A program made the position numbers and the translations under genes. Below, one piece after another: positions 11,201 to 23,200 of a DNA stretch of 64,000 bases. Source of the DNA: a virus; the IMG/VR virus record IMGVR_UViG_3300025151_003852, positions 32,001-96,000 of that record; one strand, 5' to 3'. The notes below the pieces were generated by a model. It had not been told where the DNA came from, did not search any database, and saw nothing but the letters and a program-made list of their open reading frames with translations. Within the stretch, counting starts at the first letter, position 1. Every line of letters starts with the position of its first letter.

Positions 11201-14200
11201 AAAATATAATACGTTACACCAGTAGATAGTCCTGATCCGCCCGGTACTGAATTAAATACGATCGGCATATCAGTATAGAAATTAAATGTTCCTTTATCTT
11301 GCTCATTTAGTGCAATTCTATTATCTGTTCCTTCTGCATTATCTCCTGCAATAGTTGCATAACATGTTCTGTCAAGTGTATTTGTTAATACCCCAGATGT
11401 AATGTCTGTATAATATGCAGATGTATTATACATTGTAAACTTCTGTCCGTCAACCTGACCCGGTGATACAGGAAGTGAGACATGCATTAACATAGAACCA
11501 GTTGCTGTACTTAAGTCTATAGTATCTTTCTGATTAGTTAGCAGTGCTGAACCTGTAGTTACTGTAGATAGTGTCAATGGTGACACGTTTACACTAACAC
11601 CAACTTTCAGTTCAGTCATTGACACAATTTCATTTACGTAGTATACTGTGCCTGAAGTAATTCCACCAAAGTCTGTAATCTTATTGCCATTTACATCAAG
11701 CATCATATTAAATATGACTGGATCATTAATTGAGAAACCAGTTGTGTCTGCAACAGTAATAATATCTGTTGAAGTAGTTGTAGCACTTACTGTGGTTGTC
11801 AGAGGCGTCTCTGTGGGGCCTATTGTAATTGTTTGCTCATCTACTACTGTTGTTACATAGTAAACGTCATTTTCTTCTATATCGCCAAATACATCACCTG
11901 TAAAGAACAATGGTATACCAACATAGAATCCGTCAGTTCCGCCTGTGCCTATAACACTTTGCGGAATAGTAATTTTATTTGTTACTGCTTCTGTTGCAGT
12001 TGCTGTTAGTAAGCCTGGATAGTTAAGTGTAACGACTGCTGTATCTGTGACTTCACCTGCATATGCAAACATACCTGCAAGTGGTGCAGTCGCATCTGGT
12101 AATGTTTTAACTGCTCCACCAGGAGTCTCACTGATCGTAAAGTCAGTTACATTAACAACAGAATGTACATAATAAACTTGTTCATCAACGATGCCACCTA
12201 TTACTGCGCCTGTGAATTTAATTGGCATGCCTACATAAAAACCAATTGTTGAACCTGATGAATTTAATTCACCGTTGTTTTCATCATAAGGATCTAATCT
12301 AATAAGATTACCTGTTGTTTCTGTTAGTTCTACAATACGTTTAAATTCTGTATAATAAACGTTATGATCATTGGTAACGTTTGCAATTTCAAATATTGCA
12401 CCTTGTGCTGATGCTGAAATGTCTGCTATTGGTGGTTGTGTTGCTTGTAAACTTATACTAGAACTTGCAACGTTTTCACTGTTAAAATATGATCCTGCAA
12501 AGAATGCACCATAGAAAACATTTGCTTCCCAATCTAATACTTGACTTGTGTAAGTAGTTCTATCAAATCGAACAGCAAGGTTATTTTCTCTTGTAGGACT
12601 TGAACTTGTAATTGCAGATGCCTTTGCACCTACATTAAGAGCAAAGTCTCCGTCAGTTGTTCCTGCACTTAGTTCTACTCTATTTGTTTCATTGACTGCA
12701 TCATCATAACTAGTGTATAAACCTACAATAGTTGTTGGGGTAGTTTCTAATACATTAATATAGTACCATTGACCATCAACTAATCTAGTTACAGTTGCTC
12801 CAGTTGTACTATCATCTTTATATTGTATTAAGTTACCAGTTTGCAAACTTGGGGCAAACAATTTAATTGTATGCAACGTAGAGTTGATGTCATCATTAGT
12901 AAAGAACAATTGTTCTGCTGGTGCAACTCTGATTTCTGGTAATACAGCATACCCTTCTCCGGGATTTATTACGTTCACACTGATTACACTATCGACACTC
13001 ATCACTGCTTCAAGTTCTGCATCAACTCTTGGTGCTGGGTATTTTTCTAAATCAATGTATGCTGTTACCTTGGGTGGTTCTACATAATTTTTTCCACCAT
13101 CAAGTATTACCACTGCAGGTAAATCAATAATGATTTTTGCTCCAGGTAAATGTGTTGTCGGTGTTGTTCCGTTTAAGCCTCTTTGTAGTCCTCCAAGAGT
13201 ATTTAAAGCACGATCAACAAAAGAGTAACTAATAATTTCTTCATCTATTTGTATTGTTCCATTAATCGGGAAACCTTGTGCATTGTCTACCATTATTAAA
13301 ACTGAACCGATAGTCATGTATTCGTTTAGTTCAGTTATCTCATAGTCAGACTCTCCAACTAATGATAATCCATAATTGTTATACCAATTTCGATATTGTT
13401 CTTTTTGCCATATCGCATCAGTTGGTAAGAATTCATTTGTTCCGTCAACATTTTCATAAACTAACTGCGGAGAAATATAAGATTGAGTTGTCTCGTTCCA
13501 CTCAGCAGGTAAATCAAAGTCTGTGACGTTACCATCATATGTATCGATTCCTGTATATTTAAACAAGAAGTCTTTAATAACTACATGATAAGGTTTTGCT
13601 TCATTAATATATCCTGACAAGAACTCTTGGTTGTCTTGTTGATAATTTTGAATTGGTTTTAGTTCTCTAATAACATGAGACACATCTACTAACGATGTTT
13701 TATTCAACCAAGGCAAATAGTTTTGTGATTCATCTGTTTCACTTTGAATATATTCAAATAAAATAATTAGAGACTTGTTTCTAAATTCAACTAATTCGTC
13801 AATATAAATTTGTTCGTTTAATGCACGAATAATCCAACGTGTTTCTTCACTTGGATATTCATCAAAGTCTGTTGTGTCAAAGAAGTTATCTCCGAAGCCT
13901 GTTTTGCCTGCGGCGTAGTCCCAAAGATATGTATTAAATTGTATTGTACCATTTTCTAAGCCGATACGTGTCCAAACACTGTTACCGTCATAACGATACA
14001 TTTCCCATTTGCCATCACCATTTGCTTCTACTGTAGCAATAGTGTTTACTTCTACATTAAGTTTAGCAAGGTCTGAATACTTTTCAACACTAACAGTTGA
14101 CTTAGTATTGTTATTATATTGTCCTACTGGGTTCTTTGTTGGTAACCACCAGTTTACATACTGCCAATAATCTGCTGTGTCATAAAATTCTCCACTAGCA

Positions 14201-17200
14201 AACAAATACGTTGCATCTTGTCTTGTTTCTGAGATTGGATACTCAGCAAGAACTTTGTTTGCATACTCTAAGTAGTTTTCTAATCCTAAGAATCTACTAA
14301 AGAAGAAACTTTGTCTTGGTCTTGCTAAAACGCCTGACTGCACTGCTTTTGGCAGATACGGATTAGGTACAACTTCTCCAACTTCATCTACACCAGATAA
14401 AGAATCTAATAAACGATCATACAAACCTTCTGGTCTGTTAGTTGAAGTTTGTGGTCCGAACTTGGGTAGACCAGGTAAGAAGTCATCTGGTTCACCGTCT
14501 TTAATTAAATTAAATTCTTGGTGAGAAGGATCATCATTATTTCCTTCTGCGTATCCTATATGAAATACACTGTCAGTTGTGTTTATATATGGTTGTGTAT
14601 TATATAAAGCAAATGTGTTCGGCAGTAAAGGTGCAAAGTATGCGATACCTGATCTGCTTGGCTCTCCAATATATCTTTGTATTGTAGTATCACTTAATGT
14701 TTTACCTATAGATGTTTCTACTTTATTCGTATTACGTACCCAGAAATAGTAACAAGGTTGAACTGTGTTGGTTGCGTTAATATCTGTTTCAACACTATAT
14801 TTTGTATTTGATTTAGGTGTTCCTGTGCCAGTGTATTGATTAGGTGGTGTAGTTGATTTTACCCAAGTGTAACATGCAACCTGTGATCCCGGGAATATTC
14901 TACCCCACATTTTGCTATTATATACTACGTCATTTTGATGATAGTTTAACCATCTTACATTTGTTGTATCAAACCAAATATGTCCTATTTGATTTGCTCC
15001 CCATGTTAGTCCTGAGTTTATTTCTCCTATAGCACTATTATATATTGCTGGGTCAACACTATTAACATAATCAATATTTTCTCTGGCTGCACCTAATAGT
15101 TTACCCTGCATTGGATCCATGTAATCTAAATTAATTAATGTATCATTTGTTTCTGCACTATAGACCTGTGAGTTTTGTATTCTGTTAATATCTACAACAG
15201 GTGCAGATTGTCTATAAATCTCCCAGTCTTTAGCAGTGCCTGAGTTTTGGAACAATGTAACTTGTCCTTCTAAATCACCGAAACTTAAATTAGGTGTACC
15301 GATAACAACTTGGTTATTTGTAAAGTCTATTGCTGTCCCATACTCTGGTTCAAAGCCATAGTTTTGATCTTGGCTGTTACAGTTTTGTGCGTATGTAAAC
15401 TTACCTGGGTCTGTAATTGATCCATTATAGTTTGCAAGATAATCATACATGTATACTGCACCTGCATTATCCCATGTATCTACCCATCGTGTTGCATTGT
15501 TATCAAAAATTGTATCGTTATCTAAATTCTCGTCATCAATAAAGTCAAATGTTGTTGCTAAGTATCTAGTTGAAACAGGAGCAGAAATTACAACTGAATC
15601 GTGTTCATTAAATTTAATTGTATTACCAAATAATGTTCTACTCTGATTATGAGGTGCATTAATAAGTTGTGTCTGTTGATATATTTCTAATCCTAATTCA
15701 GCAAATGCATCTGTGCTTGGTGCTTGTAATATTAATTTTTCATTGACAAGGGCTAAACTTTGATCTATAATAGAAATAATTAATTTACCGTCATCAGTCG
15801 CACTTGATGTTATATTTGTAATACCGTATTGATTAATCAAACTTGATACTGTACTTGCGTTTGCACCTGAAGGCAACTCTACTAGATAACCATTGATTAA
15901 TAATTTAGTGTCTGTAGTTAAATTAGTGACACCAGTACCTATTACTGTACCATATTTGCCACCGGCATTTGTATATCTATAAACAGTACCGTCTGTTTGT
16001 TTTGCACCTTCAATTCTTATTTCGCCCGGTGCACCAATTAATAGTTCATTACCGTATGTACCCATATCAGACGCATAGCCCATAAAGACGCCTACTCTGT
16101 CATCTGCTTCAGGCACCATTGTTTGTACCCATTGAATTCTACGAGTACTAATTTCGATTATGTCTCCTGCTCTGATATCTCCGAAGTATCTAAAGTCTGA
16201 CGTTCCTCCACCAACTGCATAGTTGTTGTCATCAACAATTGTTCCATTGACAAAAACTAATAACGGTTCTTGTTGTGGGTAAATATCAAAGTTAACAGTA
16301 GGCTCATCTGTAAGTGTTATTACTGTGTTAGTTGATCTACTTTCTTTAAGTGAGAATGTTTGTGCACCTACGTACTGCATGTAATACACTTGATTAGGTG
16401 TAATGCCACTGTCACCGTATGTTCCACCTTCGTTAAACACTACAGGTGTATTTGTATATGTTGCATCTATTGCAGTACCTGTAAACGTAATTACGTTTGA
16501 TGCTACCGCAGTTGCGTTTCTACTTGCAAACGATGTAGTCCATGCTAATGGATACTGTTGCGGTTGATTAGGTATTGCAGTATATTGTGATTCTATATTT
16601 TGTACTAAACGTGAGAACGAATAGTTTGTTCCCCAATTTGTTTTTGTTGTTGGAGATGCTGTATTAGGCGCGCCAATCGATATACAATCTGCTTCGTCAT
16701 CACAACTTACAGAGAAACCAAAGTTATCTCCTGCACTTGCATTGACTGGGGCGAGAGTGCCATCGATATCACTTATCGCCTCATATGAAATTTGTGTTGC
16801 TGTGCCGGTGCCTGTTCCTGCACCAGTTGATACAAAGATTATTCCTACTTTATTTTCTACTGCACCTAGTGCTGTAAAGTCTGTTGTACCTACACTAGTA
16901 ATCTCGTATGTTTCACCTACATTAAAATATCCTGCAGTTAAAGGTATGTGTTGTCTGTTATAAACTTGTACTGAATTATTACTGGGGTTACCTGCAAAGA
17001 TATAATTTTGATCATCACTAATTGCAAGACTTGTGCCTGAACTAAATGTTGATGTAAAAGATTGTAGCGGTAAAATATCATCTGATAACACAGAATCATT
17101 TAGTGTGTAAATTCTAAGTGTTGAAGTAGTCAACGATGTTTCAGGTTCACTGATTACAAATAAATTATTAGAGTATGCAATTGCTTTACCGAATGATGTT

Positions 17201-20200
17201 CCACCAGTTAAAAGACTACCTGTATCTTCATCGAACTCGTTTGTGACAGGGTTTAAGCCATAACGATAAACTTTACCTGCGGCTGAGTCACCAATCAAAT
17301 AACCCATTCTTGGAGTATATGCTACAGCACTACCAAATTCTTGTCCATCAGTACGATTTAGATTATTTGTTAAACTATAGTTAATTGACTTACGATAAAC
17401 TCCCCAATTACCATCACTTGCTTGGTCTACCCAAACAGTGTTTTTTGAGAACTCTGATTCAAGTAAATCTAAATCTGCAATGTCACCTGGCTTTTCAACA
17501 CGTTGCTCAACAAATGTCAAACCTAATCCAGTGAGTGGTCTGATAACAGGAGATACTGTTAATTGCAAATTAATTATAATCTGCGTGGTATTAACTACTT
17601 TAGTGACAATATAATATCCATTGACATTAGGAGCAACTTCTATAAAAGATACTGGATCTAATACTTTCAGATTGTGTCTTTGTTTAAATGTAATTGTAGT
17701 TGTGTTATCTTGGTTTGGTTGTACTGCTGTAACTTCTCCAACTGGCTTAACTGAATACACTCTCCACTGTTCTTTGAAGTTAGCAATCCACATGTAATCT
17801 CTTACATAAAATTGGCTAATAGGAATACGTTTACCATTAACATTAGTTGCTCTATTTGTTAATGATCTGAAATCATATGCTCCCATCTTAACGTCATCGT
17901 AATTTACATAACCTGCTGATGGGTAAAGACTTAATGGGTCTTCATATTGTAATGTAGATAAGATGTCTGGACCGTCAATTGGTCTTGCATAATTAAACAA
18001 GTTATGCACTGACACTTCTTGTTGAGAACCTATTGTAGGTGTCCCCTCAGTCAAAGATACAATGCCAGGATTACCTGTTAACTTTGCTTGATCTAATTTA
18101 AATTCAACAAAATTACTGTTCAGTGTTCCACCGAACTCTCCTGAAAGAATAGCCCAGTTTTCATAAACATCATAATCAATACCACCAGTTGGTAACTGAG
18201 TTCCTTTAAATGCTGATACTGCATTCGTTGTACCTTTAGTTTCAATTAAGTTTTTATAAACATTTACCTGAGTAATATCTGATAAATTTACACTTGCTAA
18301 ATAATCTCTAGGTCTAAAGCCTATCAGAGAGAATGACAATTGGTCTGCATCATTTTCTAAGTTTGCTTTTGTACTATTATAATATAATGTACTTTCATAA
18401 GAACGTGTTGCAGAGTTAGGTAATAAGCCTTTTTGTATATCGTTGTAATCTGTTTCTGTCCAATCAAGTTCTACAAACTTTTCACTAGGTTCAACTGTTT
18501 TGTTAGCAACAAAGAATTTATTTTTATACTTGACAATTTCACCTTTTGCATATTTAAATGCAACTTGCCATTCTTTAACATTATCTTGGTTGAGAATAAA
18601 TCCAGATGCACTAACTGTTCCGTTCCATTCAGCAGTTTTAGTTCCTCGTAAGTAAATACGATTCTGTCTTAACCCTGTTACTAAGTTATAAATGACATCA
18701 TTAAAAACTGTATTGTTGTCAAACACGATACCATGTTCAATACTGCTCATATTAAACTGACCATATCCCATAGTATCACCACTGTTTAGGGTTTTTACTT
18801 GGAACGCAGTATCTAAACGTTCTATTGCTAAATCTTTAGTTGCAATAGGATACAAGTTTTGATTCAATAAAAAGTTATCTTGTTGAACTGTTAATGGTTG
18901 AACGATATCACTATCTTTTTCAATCTTTAAATTTTGTGCCGACGGATTGACAGTCAGTAATGAGCCGTTTTCCCAATTAAATTGTGTCCAATATAGATAC
19001 TCTTGTATCATTGTAGTCCAATTAATTTCTTTTCCTAATTCGATAAGTTCAAACTTCATGCCTTTGCGTTCCAGCCATGAACCGTAACTTGCTAAGAATT
19101 GTGATAGGGCTTGATACGTGTAAAACTGTGTGCCATAAGGGACAATCTTTTCATCTTTTTTAGATGTAGTATAATCATTTGCAATTTCAACTGAGTAATT
19201 ATCTACTTCAACTTTACTTTTCTTGCCGTTATTAATAGGAGTATCTGTTGTAAAGTATGCTTGATCTTGTGAGTTACCAAATACTTTCCAGCCGTTTTCT
19301 ACAATCTGAATTATAACACTTGAAAATTTAATTTGATCGTTTGGTTGGTTATCATGTAATAAAACAGCATAACTTTCATCTGGTATTAATAGTGATGCAT
19401 TATCAGAGTTAGGCGTTGCTTTTTCTACAAAGAATTTTAATAATGTCTTGTCACTAAAGCCTGCTAATCTATAAATTAAACGAACATCTAAGTTGTCTAG
19501 TGTAGTTGTGATATCTTTAGTTGCATCAACACCTTGTTGTTTTTCAAAATCAACAATCCAGTTTATGTAACTTGTTTTTGCAGTACCATTACCATAGATT
19601 TCAATGTTGCCAAGGTTTAAATGACTTCGATCATTTACTAGATACTGATTAAATTCTGTATTAAATTTATAATTATCTAAGTCTGCACCTAAGTTAAAGA
19701 ATTGCGAAGGCTTAGTTAATGCAAATATTCGCATTAAGTCGAACGGATAAGATGAACTTCTTCTGTATGAGAATTCTGCCGGAGCGTCATCTCCTACTTT
19801 CCAATCACGTTGTAGAGTGTTAGAATCATATGCACCCACTAGTGCATCAAACGGAGATAAAAGATCACCGTGTTCATCTACAGGAATAATTTTGCTTAAG
19901 CCAGGTCGTTTTAATTCATCAACAGTAACACTTGTTGTTCCACCTGTATTATAAATAATACCTGCTTCGATGTCTCCCCACATAATACCGTTTTCACTTG
20001 TATATGGAGCAGGTCCATAACGACTAGTCCACCAAGTTGGTATTTCAGTGAATCCCAACATTTCCCAAGGTGCTATGTTTGGTTGAGATGTTCCATAAAA
20101 ATATTCATAGATACCTCTCCAATAACCTTGATCGATTGGTGTATTAGTCAGTTTGTTTCCTGATTGAAAATAGTTCCAACTAAACTGATTACCTTTTGTA

Positions 20201-23200
20201 TACCCTGTTTGTGTTTTATAATCGATCCTGTTTTGTCCAGCCCAATTTAAAAACTGTGTGCTATAAATTTTTAAATAGTCTTCTGTTGTATATGTTGACT
20301 CTCTAAAGAATCCAGGCAACACTTCATAACGTTCAATAGGAACAAGTGTGCTTAGTTTAATATTATTATAAATTCTAGTTTCAAATTCTAATAATGCTTG
20401 ATCTCTAAAATCAGTAAGTCCTGTCTCTGGAGTATAGTCAAGTGTATACAAAGATGTATACGATCCGTCATGACCTCTCAACATATATGTAGGCGTTTGA
20501 TAGTTTGGATCCAATACAACTTCAGGTTTCCATTTAGGATACATGCCTAACTTACTAGGCGTGTTAGGTACAAAGTTACCATATGTTTGATTGTATTCTT
20601 TGATTGTAACAACGTCACCTGCTTCTAAATCTTTAGTTACTGTCAGTGAAGGTGCGGTTGTCGATACAACATAATCTACATCTCTAATTAACTGAGATGT
20701 CTTTGTGACGCCACTAGTTGTTCTTGTAAGATAAACAAGTACACCTTTATAATTGGCTTCTGTAAAATCATACGTTTGGGCTAGAGGGTAAATGGACTCT
20801 TGCAATGCGTTTGCAAACGTATATGTATTTGACTTATATGGTGCCTGTGACGGCAACATGTCTGACCAGAAGAAAGAATCTCCTTCTGATTTTGCTGATA
20901 CTATTTGTTCTAAGGCTGTGTCTAAAATATAACTAGGATCAAATCTTTGCGACCAATCAATATCATTTACAGTTTTTACAAGTTGTTGCTTGTATTGAAT
21001 ATATTGATCTGCGTTGAATTGTAATGCATTAAACAAATTATGTTCTGACTTACGTAAAAATACACTAGGTAAAACTAGTGATGCAGAGTTTTGAATAATC
21101 TTTGTACCGTAAGGAACTAAATTACCTAAGTCTCTTAAATTGTTTGATCCAAAGATTGTACCTTCTGAATTCGGATTATTAATAAAGATGTCTTGGTACT
21201 GTGATCTAATATCACCTATGTCTGCAACTTCTAAATCTGTATTAAAAGGGTTGTTGCTTAAGTTAATAGGTATACTATAATAAGCAGAATCAGATGTTTG
21301 ATTACTTAGTACTAAAATTTGTACAGGTGTATCTACTGTCGGAGCAGTATTTAAAGTAATCTTTGTTGAGGTGTCAGTTTCAGTAATTGTATATGTAGAT
21401 TCTAATTGATATACATTGTTCACGTACACTTGTACACGTGGCCATGAATCATCTGATTCAGGTATTACAGCAACGTCACACGTGAATGAGGCTACGGACC
21501 CTTTACTATATTCTAATTCAAATATTTGATATTGAACTGAGGGGGCAATTGCTGTTTGCCAACCCAACTCACGTGTTTTGTCAGTACGTGTAGTATAATT
21601 ATACACGTAACCTGTGTTGACTTTTTCAGTAACTGGTGTTGATCCAGTAACATATGAAAATGAGTCAACGTTCAAAGAGCAATCAAAACTAATATCACCT
21701 ACATTATCTACTGCTGAATAACGCAACGGGAAACCTAATACAGCATCATTGACTCCTGTACCTCTGCCATAAGCAAATAGTTTATTACCTAAAAATGATG
21801 AACCTTGATAAACTGTGGTGTCTCCAAATGAGATGCCGTCTTTGTCAAAGATATCAAATTGTGGTGCTTGATTGACTGTAAGTTTTTGTTGTGCTTCTTC
21901 CCAAGTTGCTCCATCAAACCAAAAAGTAGAACCTTGATAATTGTATCCTCTAAGTGCTACTGCTTGATCATCTGTTAAACAGAGAGCATCGTCTGCTTCA
22001 GTTAATGTTATAACTGGAGTAGATCCAAATGTAATTGTTGAGAAGCCGACAACATAAATTTTATTTCTAACTTCTAAATTAGTATCTGCTGTAAAGATAA
22101 CTCTTGCACCAGAGAACAATTCATAGTTGTTTACTGTTGTGTCACTTCCTACGATTGATACGTTTGTTTGTCCAACTACAGTAGATGATGCAAACTCGAC
22201 TGTTAAAACAGTATTGGCACCAACTACTTCGATGTTTGTAATTTGTGTATTATTCGGTAATGCAAAGTTAGAGTCTGTTACATACATGTTAACAGCAAAT
22301 GACGTATAAATGTCTGCTGTTGGAATAGTGATTGTTGTACTCGTTCCTGTTACTCCTGCAATCGTAGCGGTGTAACTTGTATATGTTTCTATGTCAGGAT
22401 AGTATTGTTGCTTGTTTGCAACTTGATCAAATGCATTTGTTGTTCTTGTATCGATAAAGTCTACAGGTGCTTTTGCAATTGTACCTGAATCAAAGAGTTT
22501 TAAGTTTGGATAAAACTCAATAATCGGTCTTTTTGCTTTTGCTGTTCCTGTTGCATAATTTGTAACAATTGATGGGTCATCATTATATTCAGCAGTTGCA
22601 TTAATAACATCAATGTGGAACCATCTGTTAGAACGTGACCAAGCATTTCTATTAATAGAGTTTCTACCGATAGTAATATAATCTTGGTCTACAGGAATAA
22701 ACAACTCTGTATCAAAGTTACCAATTGAATATGGTAGTGAGTCGTAAGGAATATAGTTTGTTCCTGTAAAGTCTTCTGGTACTGTTAAGTCGGTAGTTGG
22801 AATTAAATTAATAGATTCTCCTACACCTTGAACATAATACTCACCTGACAAATAATTTGAAGGAACAACATCTCCATCAAATTGTACTTTTAATCCGTTT
22901 GTAAAAACAACACCATTTGTTGATGTAAATGTTTTTTGTCCTATAATATCTTGGTCAACATCTAAAGTATTTGTTAAATTACTTTCGATTAATTTAATAA
23001 CACCCACTTTATTTGCATTTGTACCGTCTTGGTAGTATAATGTATCTAATAATGCTGAAAGATAAGGTACTCTAGTAATCTCGCCTGCTAATGATCTGTA
23101 AAAATCTAAGCCGATAAATTCTGTACCAAATTGAACAGTAATCTTTTCTTCGGTTGGTATTACACCTGCGGGAATCAAACGAATAGTTGGGTCTGATGAA